The notes: a model not told the origin generated them from the sequence alone. Shown: positions 35,231 to 47,803, counted from the first letter of the whole stretch. The stretch: DNA of 63,082 bases, filler included, from Octopus bimaculoides (GCF_001194135.2; 6 parts of 5 records of this genome joined end to end with filler, not necessarily neighbours in it), one strand, 5' to 3'. Program-made: numbers and translations.

Positions 35231-36097
35231 CCATATATATATATACACACACACACAAAACAAGAGAAAAAGTTTTTAAAAAACTACTACTACTGCAGCT
35301 GCTAATAACAATTCCGGTATTTAATTTGAAAATTTAGTCTACCCCAATGGAATTTGAACCTGGAATGGCATCATTACTTTTAAACATCTGCTTTTCATGG
35401 TGGCATGGGTTGGAGAGGTTGTTACAGTCTGAGCTGCTCATCAACAGAATGATGCTTGTTATGTGTCAGCTTTGTTTCTGCAGCTGGATGCCCCTCCTAC
35501 TGCAACCATGCCACAGAGTATATATCATACAGGGTGTGTTTGTGTGCAAGCAACACCAGGAAGATTGTCTCAGTGATCAATCAATGTCAAAGGAATGTGG
35601 CTTATTGGCTTTCATAGAGACACCAGTAGAGGAGGGGTGCCTTGTATTATTACATAGGAAAGTACAGAGTATTCAGTGAGTTATAAGAAAGGGGTGGAAA
35701 ATGGGGGTGGGGAGAGAGTGATACAAGTAGCAAAGACAGGAGGGGAGAAATAGGGGACAGGGAACAAGTGTGCAAGTCTTGGAAGTAACCAATAATTTAA
35801 GGTATGTACATTTGTTCAGGTGGCCAAGGAGGAGATGAGAAGAGAGAGAGAGAGAGAGAGAGTGATTAGGTTAGAAGAACCAGGATGGTAGGGCGGGAGA
35901 AAGGAGCAGTAGTATGATGTAAACAGGTGGTCTGGGGTGGAGTTGAGGAGTGAGAATGATTGGCAACAGTAGAGGTAGGAAAGGTGGGTGACAACAGAGG
36001 TGGCCCCAAGGGTGAAGAGAGAGTGATGGCTGGCAGTAGTGGAAGGCAAAGAAGGTACACTAATGATAAGAAATTAAGCTCCAATATAAAGGTACAA

Positions 36098-36484
36098 GTG
36101 GAGGCGCAATGGCCCAGTGGTTAGGGCAGCGGACTCGCGGTCATAGGATCGCAGTTTCGATTCCCAGACCGGGCGTTGTGAGTGTTTATTGAGCGAAAAC
36201 ACCTAAAACTCCATGAGGCTCCGGCAGGGGATGGTGGCGAACCCTGCTGTACTCTTTCACCACAACTTTCTCTCACTCTTACTTCCTGTTTCTCTTGTGC
36301 CTCTTATTCAAAGGGTCAGCCTTGTCACACTGTGTCACGCTGAATATCCCCGAGAACTACGTTAAGGGTACACGTGTCTGTGGAGTGCTCAGCCACTTGC
36401 ACGTTAATTTCATGAGCAGGCTGTTCTGTTGATCAGATCAACTGGAACCCTTGACGTCATAAGCGACGGAGTGCCAACAACAAC
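36098..36484 (+). mobile_element. Full-length tRNA-derived SINE (family 1) with a 12-bp TSD
   Basis: A box tggcccagtgg, B box gtttcgattccc and CAA tail; TSD ataaaggtacaa (36086-36097) / ataaagatacaa (36485-36496). Confidence 0.92.
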
Positions 36485-37675
36485 ATAAAGATACAAAACT
36501 GAAGTTGGAATGTGTTCTGGGTCAAAGTTGTGCTTTCACAGCAACTTCACTTGTCACATTTAAATAATCTTATTCATGCCAATACAATTAAGACTAAGAA
36601 GCATGAATATCAATATATTTTTATGACATATACCTGGAACAAACAGACTAACCTGTATTTTTATATCTTCACACCTGACTCACTGACAATATACAAAAGG
36701 AATTAGAATTACAACTAGCAGAGAGACAAGTGCATATCAATGTTTTATACATGTAGAAGTTGCGTCCTTATAAATAAATTAATGCAACAACTTATTGTGA
36801 CCGAGACATTGAGTTTCAAACACAATTGAATTCTGCTCAATCAGTTGAATCTATTTCCATGTGTGAGGTCAACAACATACTTGTTTATAACACTGATATG
36901 CATACACACTGCAGAGCGAAGTGACACGTATCCTATATACTCAATCATTTGTGTGTGTGTGTGTGTGTGTCTCTGTCTGTCTATCTGTCTGTTGGTCTAG
37001 AGCAGTGCACTGATTTTCAAGCCAAGATCAAAATTCAGGAGACGAAGTGCTTACAATGTTTGATGCATCCATTTTTGGGAAATAAAAACCTGCGACCTGT
37101 CTAGGACTATCGATGCTAGACTGGAAGACAAATACTGCTGAATTATCAAGAGTATCTATGACAGGCACAGCCGTAAGATGCATTACGGATCTATAGCAAT
37201 TAGAAGGGCGTCACCCAACTCAAATAAACATCAACAAGTGTGTGACGTGAAGGCTAAGGGGAAATGAAAGTGTCCCCCCTGGAGTTTGCAAATGACCACT
37301 ATACCGATAGGTAACTAGACAGAATAAATTTCCAATCTATAAATGTCTTTGAATAACCAGTCACTCATCTGGGAAGGCCTTGAAATCAATGTTACCACCT
37401 GGGAACTATGTGTGACCCAGTGATAATAAAAAGACTCAAAGGAGGTCTGCAAGCAAATAACTTTACTCAACACTTTGCAACTGAATCAGTGGAGGCAAAT
37501 ATGCCTCTCATTTACTTGACAATTTATGCACCACATTGCAGAAATCAGAATCTAAGTATATCTCAAAGCAAACTCTTACACTGTTGTACCATTGAATTAC
37601 AAATAATGCTCATCTTTTATGCTTGGGTGACTCTACAGCTTCTAAGAGTACAAGTGTATTCGTCTTTGCTTAGAT

Positions 37676-38070
37676 AAAATGACTAAATTGTGGGGGTTAA
37701 GTCCCCATCAAGGGGTCTTTCTAACTTCTAAGAAGATGAAATTTTAGAAATATTATTTCATTTGTGTCTAATATCTATGGTTAAAATTTCATCAACAGCA
37801 AAAATATATGAATTTTCATGGGGGTTATGGCCCTTATGCATAGAATATAATTACCAAATTTCATAAAGATCCATTCAGTACTTTTGACGTAGTTTTGGAT
37901 CATAAAAAATGACTAAAATTTGGGCGTTAAGGCCCTCATTAGGGGATCTTAGAATCCTCATGAGAAGTGGAAAGTTTGAGAATACATCTTGATGTGTGTC
38001 AATTACCCATGGCTGATATTTCCTCACCATCGAAAATTTATGAATTTTCATGGGGGTTCTGCCCCCTTTA
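37676..38070. repeat. Diverged ~230-bp tandem duplication with a Helitron/Helentron-like spacer
   Basis: aaaatgactaaa...tatgaattttcatgggggtt occurs twice (~37676-37830 and ~37907-38070); taccaaatttcataaagatccattcagtactttt lies between them. Confidence 0.65.
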
Positions 38071-38084
38071 AACTATCTCACTAT

Positions 38085-38195
38085 TCACAAAGCCTTGGGT
38101 GGCCTAAGGCCATAGTAGAAGACACCCAAGGTGCCACACCGTGGGACTGAACCTCGGACCATGTCACTGGGAAGCAAACTTCTTACCACACAGCA
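38085..38195 (-). mobile_element. SINE family 3 copy
   Basis: tagtagaagacacccaaggtgccacaccgtgggactgaacc...cttaccacacagc. Confidence 0.8.
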
Positions 38196-38428
38196 CAATT
38201 TTTTTTTCCAAATTAAACATTTACTTTTCTTAAAAGCTCCCATTTATTTCATTTAATGTTTAGAGATCTCCATAATAAACAAACAAACTATTTATAACAT
38301 AGACGTTTCAATTATTTTCTCAGAACCCAATTGTTCTGTGTGTTGGCAATCTGTTGGTTTAAATTCAATTTCTAGCAACAACAAAACAATTGTACAAAAT
38401 CCAAACAAACAACAAAAAAACCACTTAC

Positions 38429-39869
38429 ATTTCTGGGTGTCGACAGTGTTGGCAATGTCATCGTAGATGTCTGAAGGATCTTCACAACCATTATTGACAC
38501 CATTTGTACCAGTACATTTCACAGAATCTACATTCGCAGAACCAGCACTGATCTTTGAGGTTAGAAACTTTACTTGGCCAGACTGGATCACATTCTCATA
38601 ACTCCCTCTTTTCTTCTTTCCACTAAAAGTACCATCAGGTGCAGGCTCTGATGATGACGACGACGATGATGATGAACAAGATGACAATGATGAGGGTGAT
38701 TTATTTAATGGCTGAACTCGAGATGGTAATCGCACATCATTGGCGGCATTTTTCAAAATATTTGCAAGTTTCTTTTTTTGTAGAATATTTTCAGCAGCTT
38801 GAGATTTGTAAGTTGTCCCAGCAGTGCTGGATGCAGTTCTTCCACTGACCATAATTTTACAAGAGGAATCAATATCAAATTTAATGTTCTGTAAGCTGCT
38901 GATATTCCTATCTTGTGTGCTGTTAAGGAATTCCGAATATGAAGTCTTGGTTGATCCAAGGGTGGCAGCCCGAGACTTGAACAATTCTGAGGAGGATAAC
39001 AAGTTGGAAGGTTTAAAATTTCCTCTCAAAGGCAGAGTTGCTGTAGCTGCTGCTGCCGATATTCCTCGGACATTTGCTGAGGAAGCTTTCACAAAGTCAT
39101 GAGTGCTACCAATTCCACTGTCATCAACCGACTTCTCAAACTTATTACGCAAGTCCCTCATTTTGGCATCGGCAAACCGTTTCATGATAAGTTCACATTC
39201 TTTAAGATCATTATGTACAGGAGATTTTCGAGTGTCTTCTAAACTCTGTAGACGCTCAAGAATCAAGTGTTTTGTGTTAGACTTTTGTGGGAAGAACAAA
39301 TTTTCTGCAGAGCTTGTGTGTTCTAATGGATAACCTTCATTTCTGCAAGGAAGCGTATCACGTGATGCAAGTGATCTGTCCGAGCCTGTAATATCTGATG
39401 CTGACAACATCTTCTTTCTGCCATGCAGATATAAACTCCTTTCACAAGGGCTTTCATAAGACAGGACTGTTCTGGAAACTTTACTGGTAGATTGTGAATT
39501 ACAGCCATCAGATATTTTAGGCGGAGCCTTGATGTCTGTCAATTGAGTAGTACTACTGTTACTGCTGGTACTACTAGCACTACTAGTCCGTGATGATATA
39601 TGGCTTCTACTACCTTTAGTTCCACTCAAATCACTGCGACTGAGACGAGGTTTTGGACTCGGACGTACAGCAGCTGTTCCTCCTGCTTTTGAAGTTGCTG
39701 TCCCTCTTGCTTTAGAAGTTGCTGTTCCTCCTGCTTTTGAAGTTGCAGCTGGTTTTTTGCTTGGAGACACCACGTTCACCGCTCTTGGCTGCGCAATGAC
39801 CTCGCTGTTCTTTTCCTCAAACAGCGAGGTCAAATCTGACACTTTTTTAGGGGTTTTTCTGGTATTCAT
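38429..39869 (-). CDS. Large first coding exon of a host gene; Ser/Thr-rich, probably disordered N-terminus of a possible cytoskeletal or Rho-signalling scaffold (FGD/frabin-like motif)
   Basis: 480 uninterrupted non-repetitive codons. Acceptor ttttttttttccctcgtacag| before 39926; in-frame stops in the 57-nt leader place the start at ATG 39869. Donor |GTAAGT at 38428-38423 (phase 1). Motifs KVSDLTSLFE, MRDLRNKFE, GSYENV and DIYDDI. Product identity is low confidence. Confidence 0.88.
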
Positions 39870-40689
39870 GACTTCAGCTAATTCTCTGACCCCATGGTGG
39901 TTGGTAGTTCAGGTTCAAATCAAGACCTGTACGAGGGAAAAAAAAAAGAAATATTATCTGATGAATTAAATCAGTGACATATAAAAGGAGGAAATGGTGT
40001 GAAGAGTCTTTGAGAAAATAAACATGAACCAATGCTGGAGCTGAAGCAGACATGAATAGCAACCAAAACTCCCTCAAATCACATCCTACTATCTTAAAAA
40101 AAGAACATATTGGACAGAGAAGTCCTGGATTTAGAAAAAAACAGAATGGTTTCAGCTGTGATAATTCTGATCATCTTTGCTCAATGTGGGTTGACCAAGG
40201 GTTAAACAATAACGTGGGATTAAATCAAGAAACTCTCAAGGGATTAGGTTCATTCTAAGTAAAAATCTGTTTAACTGGAGCACAACCACATATTTACAAT
40301 ATACAATGGTGATGGACTATAACCTCAGAATTTGTCTAATGAATACTTGGAGTACTTTACTAATCTAAATAATAGTTCTCACTAGTGGATCTTGCAGATA
40401 CTCTGGGTTAAAAGGGTGGCCCACCTCATGCAGCTCATGAAAAAAACCATTGAAAGCTTGTGCTAATTCAAAATGGTCAAAGTTATAGTATAAATAAAAT
40501 AATATAATCTAATAAATACATCAAATTAATAAACAAGGGTACAAAAATAGTACCAGCATAGCTAAAAATAAGAGTCAAGAACAACTCGAAAGCCACACAA
40601 GGCACTAACTCCCAGAGTTGATGAAAAGCGAGAGAGTAGGCTAAAGCACTTTTCTATGGCGAGATAAACTCACAAAATCAGCCAGTCCA

Positions 40690-41233
40690 CTTATGCGTAC
40701 CTTCCTTCATTGGACACTAAACTCCATTTGCGAAGACCTGTTGAGGCAAGTGAAATCGAAATTGAGTGAAATTNNNNNNNNNNNNNNNNNNNNNNNNNNN
40801 NNNNNNNNNNNNNNNNNNNNNNNNNNNNNNNNNNNNNNNNNNNNNNNNNNNNNNNNNNNNNNNNNNNNNNNNNNNNNNNNNNNNNNNNNNNNNNNNNNNN
40901 NNNNNNNNNNNNNNNNNNNNNNNNNNNNNNACTTTCGAGCGAGATCGTTGCCAGTGCCCCTGGACTGGCTCTTGTGCGGGTGGCACATAAAATACACCAT
41001 TTTGAGCGTGGCTGTTGCCAGTACCGCCTAACTGGCCTTCGTGCAGGTGGCACGTAAAAGCACCCACTACACTCTCAGAGTGGTTGGCGTTAGGAAGGGC
41101 ATCCAGTTGTAGAAACTCTGCCAAATCAGATTGGAGCCTGGTGTAGCCATCTGGTTCACCTGTCCTCAATCAAATCGTCCAACCCATGCTAGCATGGAAA
41201 GCGGACGTTAAACGACGACGACGATGATGATGA
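40690..41233 (+). mobile_element. Retroposon family 4, plus-strand copy with an internal gap
   Basis: Ends taggaagggcatccag...ggacgttaaacgacgacgacgatgatgatga; it is the reverse complement of 34855-35160. Confidence 0.88.
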
Positions 41234-41580
41234 CTATACACTTTGACCGTTTTGAATAAGCACAAGCTTTCAACGGTTTTCTCATGAGTTGCATGAGGTG
41301 AGTTATCCTTTTAACCCAGAGTATCAGCAAGATCCACTGATGAGAACTAAGATTAAATTATCAGAGTTCGAAATCATGTGATAAGGATATCTCAGTTCAC
41401 TTCATTTTGTGGAGTTTATCTCACCATAGAAAGATGCTTTTGCTTTTTCCCTGGCTTTTTGTGAACTCATGATCAAAGTTCATAAAATTCTTTTGTTATT
41501 TTTTTGATTAAAAACTATCCAACTAAAAAGTGCTAAAGGCCAAGTGGATAACATAATCAGAAAACGGACAAAGAGATTAC
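41234..41580. repeat. Unclassified dispersed repeat with inverted copies nearby
   Basis: 41234-41350 is the reverse complement of 40372-40490; 41400-41450 matches the reverse complement of ~40645-40680; 41465-41580 is the reverse complement of 43320-43470. Confidence 0.75.
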
Positions 41581-42663
41581 AGGTTCAAATCCTACCACCA
41601 ACCATGCATTTGTGTCCATAGTGCCAGGCCACATAATTCATCGCTGGCCCAGTCCACTCTCTGTAAATAGGTCACAACTCAGTACATTTAGCAGCTTTCG
41701 TGACGCCACTGTGAAATTAATAAGACAAAATAGAATTTCTATTAACCCTTTAACATCCAGATTGCTCTGCCGAATGTAATATTCACTTTGTCTTCAATTT
41801 ATCATTATCTTGTAGTCCCATTGATGGTTTAAATGCTAAACAGTTAAACAGCAATTTTTCTGCTCCTTTTTCACCCCTCCCCCAACCCCTGCGATAAATT
41901 CTACATTTAACCGTTGTCTCCATTTACAGATCTATTTCTCATCTGCTTCAAATTCTAAAACCAAAGTGAAGCACTCCACATCAAGAACGTTCTGATGTCA
42001 CTGAGGATTCCTTCATTGCATTCCTCAGAATCTGTTCAATGTTTGATTGTTGTGTCAGTTTTATTTCTTCTACAAAACAAAGTGTAAGTTTCCCCACATT
42101 CTAAGGAAGGTTGGCCATAGTTTACTGATTGTCCCATTTATTTCCATGGTTCATTGCACACACAAAGATAGGATTATTCAAGAGGTTGAGGCTTGTGATG
42201 ATTTCTCTCCTTAAAACCTCACATTTACAACTCCATGCTGTCTGCTCAGAGAAACATTAAAATCAAAAAATAACTAACAAATATATGCCTTGATGATTCC
42301 TTTGTACAATATTTTGTATTTAATGTGATGCTCTGTTGACTAAAGATACTTAATTTCGATTTTAAAGGAACCCAAAAGATATATGCCATGACAGTTTCTG
42401 TATTCTGATGTCCACTTTTAGATTGCCATGCTGGATTGTCTCTCCTCCCATTTAAACCATTATGCTGTATGCTTTATAGACTTAGTATTTTCCTAAAATA
42501 TAACAGCAATATATGTCATGTTAGTCAAATATAATCACCAGAAGTCAAAGAGGTTATCAGAAGACACCGGCAACAAGAGTCGACAGTTGTCAATATGTTG
42601 TGAGGAGAAAAAGAAATGATGAACTCAACTAAGCTCCATCTTATTTTACTTACTTTTTTACCT

Positions 42664-42862
42664 TACTTTTACCTGTTTCAGTCACCTGACTGTGGCCATG
42701 CTGGAGCACCGCCTTTAGTTGAGCAAATCGACCGCAGGACTTATTCTTTGTAAGCCTAGTACTTATTCTATCGGTCTCTTTTGTTGAACCGCTAAGTTAC
42801 GGGGACCTCTACACACCAGCATCGGCTGTCAAGCGATGTTGAGGGGGACAAACACACACACA
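42664..42862. mobile_element. SINE-like repeat (family 5)
   Basis: gactgtggccatgctggagcaccgcc...gtacttattctatcggtctcttttg..gaaccgctaagttacgggg; fragments also at ~33825-33900 and ~57710-57850. Confidence 0.6.
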
Positions 42863-43688
42863 TACATCATTGTCGTCGTCGTTTAACATCCGCTTTCCAT
42901 GCTAGCATGGGTTGGACAATTTGACTGAGGACTGGTGAAACCAGATGGCTACACCAGGCTCCAATATGATTTGGCAGAGTTTCTACAGCTGGATGCCCTT
43001 CCTAACGCCAACCACTACATATATATATGTATATATACATACATATATACGACAGGCTTCTTTCAGTTTCCGTCTACCAAATCCACTCACAAGGCTTTGG
43101 TCGGCCCAAGGCTATAGTAGAAGACACTTGTCCAAGGTGCCACACAGTGGGACTNNNNNNNNNNNNNNNNNNNNNNNNNNNNNNNNNNNNNNNNNNNNNN
43201 NNNNNNNNNNNNNNNNNNNNNNNNNNNNNNNNNNNNNNNNNNNNNNNNNNNNNNNNNNNNNNNNNNNNNNNNNNNNNNATATGCCACAGTTTTTGTTTCA
43301 GTCTACAAATATACCTTGACAATGACTATCTCTTGGTCCGTTTTCTGATTATGTTATCCACTTGGCCTTTAGCACTTTTTTAGTTGGTTAAGAAGCGGGT
43401 AGAGTGGATAGTTTTTAATAAAAATAAAAAAATAATAACCAAGGAATTTTATAAACTTTGATCAGAATATTTTCTTTTCTAAACAACAAATTTAAAAAAA
43501 AACAAATTTTATAAAAAAGAAAAAAAGAATTTCTATCAACATTGAAAACAGATGGAAAAACTAAATATTGAAACATTAAGAATTTTATACTGATCCTACC
43601 CCCACCTCTCTCTTTCTTAGTCTACACACACACACACACACATTTTCTCTCCCGCACCACTCTCTATATGTATGTGTGTACATGTGCC

Positions 43689-43744
<56 letters not shown>

Positions 43745-44926
43745 ATACTTTCATTATTTATTCATGTTGTTTTATTGGCTTTTAATCTTCTTTTAAAAGA
43801 TTTATTTAAAATCTTTATANNNNNNNNNNNNNNNNNNNNNNNNNNNNNNNNNNNNNNNNNNNNTTAATTAATTAANNNNNNNNNNNNNNNNNNNNNNNNN
43901 NNNNNNNNNNNNNNNNNNNTATATATACATAAATATATATGTCTATATATACATATATACATGAATATACGTATATATGGATATACACATTCACACACAT
44001 ATATATATATATGCATGTATGCATATATATATGTGTGTGCATGTGTGTATATATATATCATCATCATCATCGTCGTCGTTTAACGTCCGCTTTCCATGCT
44101 GGCATGGGATGGACGGTTTGACTGAGGACTGGCAAGCCAGAAGGCTGCACCAGGCTCCAATCTGATTTGGCAGAGTTTCTACAGCTGGATGCCCTTCCTA
44201 ACGCCAACCACTCAGAGAGTGTAGTGGGTGTCTTTTACGTGCCGCCAGCACAGGAGCCAATCAATTGGAAATATCACATATAATTAGCATCATCATCATC
44301 AATTAATGTGTTTCCCATGCTGGCATGGTTTAGAAAGTTAGGCAGGAGTTAGTGCACAGGAAGACTGCTCTGAGATTGAGTGTCTCCCTTGGCATGGTTT
44401 CTAAACTTGGATGCCCTTCCTAACGCCAACCACTTCATAGAGGGGACTGGTTGCCTTTTACATAAATATCATCATTGTTTTAACACCTACTTTTTCATGT
44501 CACATGGGCTAAATGAAAGTAAGCTAAGATAGTTTTCTACAGTCACAAGTCCTTCCTAATGCCAACCCCTGTCTATTCCCAAGCGATGTAATAACCTGCA
44601 AGTCTATTAAACAACAAATGGTTTAGGCATGTTGACACAGACAACTGCAAACAAATGACACCGTTCAAATGAGCCTTTCATTTACAATGACTGTGCAACA
44701 TATGAAGATGAGGGGAATATGAACTCACTCAAACACACACACACAGATATACATACATAAGTGCGTATGTATATATATATATCTAAAGTATACGGAAAAT
44801 AAAGAAATATTGATCGACAACAATTGACTTACAGCAATTATTATTTTTCAGTTCAATACAAATAGACTGCATCCTATCTAACAGCTGTTTCTGCCTCCAA
44901 TGTTATATGGTATTGCCATTGAAAAT

Positions 44927-45151
44927 TCTAAAAATAATATTCATCATATTTGGTAATAAAACCAATCTGCAACATGGAGTTTCATCAGAGTGAAGAAAAT
45001 TACATACATAAAAGAAGAGGAGCCTAGAAAGGAAAAGAAGAGGCTGAATATATTTTCTTTTCTCTTTTATGTATGTATTTTCTTTCATTCTGGTGAAGCT
45101 ATATCTTCCAGATCAGTTTTATTACCAAATATGATGAATATTGCTTTTAGA
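44927..45151. repeat. Fold-back (MITE-like) inverted repeat with ~89-bp arms
   Basis: Arms at 44927-45015 and 45063-45151 include a perfect 27-bp stretch, aatattcatcatatttggtaataaaac; the right arm runs into a gap. Confidence 0.85.
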
Positions 45152-46118
45152 NNNNNNNNNNNNNNNNNNNNNNNNNNNNNNNNNNNNNNNNNNNNNNNNN
45201 NNNNNNNNNNNNNNNNNNNNNNNNNNNNNNNNNNNNNNNNNNNNNNNNNNNNNNNNNNNNNNNNNNNNNNNNNNNNNNNNNNNNNNNNNNNNNNNNNNNN
45301 NNNNNNNNNNNNNNNNNNNNNNNNNNNNNNNNNNNNNNNNNNNNNNNNNNNNNNNNNNNNNNNNNNNNNNNNNNNNNNNNNNNNNNNNNNNNNNNNNNNN
45401 NNNNNNNNNNNNNNNNNNNNNNNNNNNNNNNNNNNNNNNNNNNNNNNNNNNNNNNNNNNNNNNNNNNNNNNNNNNNNNNNNNNNNNNNNNNNNNNNNNNN
45501 NNNNNNNNNNNNNNNNNNNNNNNNNNNNNNNNNNNNNNNNNNNNNNNNNNNNNNNNNNNNNNNNNNNNNNNNNNNNNNNNNNNNNNNNNNNNNNNNNNNN
45601 NNNNNNNNNNNNNNNNNNNNNNNNNNNNNNNNNNNNNNNNNNNNNNNNNNNNNNNNNNNNNNNNNNNNNNNNNNNNNNNNNNNNNNNNNNNNNNNNNNNN
45701 NNNNNNNNNNNNNNNNNNNNNNNNNNNNNNNATATATATATATATATATATACATATATAAAACGCATAAACTGAGCCTGAAAGATTGGTTTAAGATACA
45801 TGGGATATTTTATAAATATGCCTGCTCAAGTATCATAAAACCATGAAACTATTAGTAACTCTTTCAGTTGTGTCCCATGGCAACTGCCTTTTCATCACTC
45901 AAAGCAACTCCTCACTCTAACCTCCAACCCCTTCTCAAGACCCACACATGAAAGGTTACATTGAACCCATCCACCCTTTTAACCAACATCTAGCTCTACC
46001 CTCTTACACACCCATCCTGCTCTACTACCAACCAGCCCACTCACCCCTAGCTCACCTCAATTATCCCTCAACACTTCCTCTTATCTATATCTCCTCATCC
46101 ACTCTTATACCTCTAGAT

Positions 46119-46728
46119 CAATGTTTCTCAACCATTTTTTTTATCGATTATTATTTTATTCTGGTCGACCCCCATAGCCATTCGATGTTTAAGAATTAGT
46201 TTTATAGAAACTTCTTTGAAAATTCTTATCTTGAGGTTGAATAATGTAAAATATTAAAGAAAGAAACCCAGCTGTTTCTTGCAATAAATACCAGTACATA
46301 CATCTAAAGTAGGAGTACTCAACCATTTCTTATCTATGGATCCCTTCGATTACTATTTTATTCTGGTGGACCCCCATAACCATTTGATGTTTAAAAATAG
46401 TTTTATAGAAACTTCTTTCAAAATTCCTATTTTGTAGGCTGAACTATGTAGTGTTAGTGAAAGAAATCTAAATATTTTTTGCAATACATACATCTAAAGC
46501 AGGGGTTCTCAACTAATCTATGGACCCCTTTGATTGTTATTTTATTCTGGTGGACCCCCATAGCCATTCGATGTTTAAAAACTTGTGGCTGTTTCGTGCA
46601 ATACATCTAAAGCAAAATATTTCAAGGGCCCTGAAAATACTATTGTAGATCCCCAATTTACTATTTTGTTTCATGGACATCCCAAAATCTTGTTATGGAC
46701 TGTTAGGAGGGGGCCATATGGATCACTG
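46119..46728 (+). mobile_element. hAT MITE with a tandemly amplified left end
   Basis: Units start at 46119, 46310, 46500 and 46613. The first three begin with a c(a/g)...ttctcaac-like TIR; they are preceded by ctctagat or atctaaag. The element ends ...gatcactg followed by ctccagag. Confidence 0.7.
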
Positions 46729-47762
46729 CTCCAGAGTAACCTTCCCACTTTCCTTTCTCTTACTGTCCCTGCTGCATTCACCTCCTACCCTCTCTACATC
46801 TTTCTCTCACCACCCCTTCTCCACCACCACCACCACCACCTGGGATGCTTTCTNNNNNNNNNNNNNNNNNNNNNNNNNNNNNNNNNNNNNNNNNNNNNNN
46901 NNNNNNNNNNNNNNNNNNNNNNNNNNNNNNNNNNNNNNNNNNNNNNNNNNNNNNNNNNNNNNNNNNNNNNNNNNNNNNNNNNNNNNNNNNNNNNNNNNNN
47001 NNNNNNNNNNNNNNNNNNNNNNNNNNNNNNNNNNNNNNNNNNNNNNNNNNNNNNNNNNNNNNNNNNNNNNNNNNNNNNNNNNNNNNNNNNNNNNNNNNNN
47101 NNNNNNNNNNNNNNNNNNNNNNNNNNNNNNNNNNNNNNNNNNNNNNNNNNNNNNNNNNNNNNNNNNNNNNNNNNNNNNNNNNNNNNNNNNNNNNNNNNNN
47201 NNNNNNNNNNNNNNNNNNNNNNNNNNNNNNNNNNNNNNNNNNNNNNNNNNNNNNNNNNNNNNNNNNNNNNNNNNNNNNNNNNNNNNNNNNNNNNNNNNNN
47301 NNNNNNNNNNNNNNNNNNNNNNNNNNNNNNNNNNNNNNNNNNNNNNNNNNNNNNNNNNNNNNNNNNNNNNNNNNNNNNNNNNNNNNNNNNNNNNNNNNNN
47401 NNNNNNNNNNNNNNNNNNNNNNNNNNNNNNNNNNNNNNNNNNNNNNNNNNNNNNNNNNNNNNNNNNNNNNNNNNNNNNNNNNNNNNNNNNNNNNNNNNNN
47501 NNNNNNNNNNNNNNNNNNNNNNNNNNNNNNNNNNNNNNNNNNNNNNNNNNNNNNNNNNNNNNNNNNNNNNNNNNNNNNNNNNNNNNNNNNNNNNNNNNNN
47601 NNNNNNNNNNNNNNNNNNNNNNNNNNNNNNNNNNNNNNNNNNNNNNNNNNNNNNNNNNNNNNNNNNNNNNNNNNNNNNNNNNNNNNNNNNNNNNNNNNNN
47701 NNNNNNNNNNNNNNNNNNNNNNNNNNNTATATATATATATATATATATATACACCCACACAC

Positions 47763-47803
<41 letters not shown>

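Noticed and set aside
36098-36175. tRNA gene call (also 3625-3703 and other SINE heads)
   Set aside because: The A and B boxes are present, but each continues into a ~300-bp SINE body with a tail and TSD, and I could not form a proper acceptor stem.
38639-39969. Antisense and alternative-frame ORFs overlapping the large exon
   Set aside because: Short by-products of the Ser-rich coding strand with no independent signals.
44928-45150. Small GTPase pseudogene (GNKTDL motif)
   Set aside because: Only one short motif, followed quickly by a stop, inside an inverted repeat, and no G1/G3 motifs in the visible flank.
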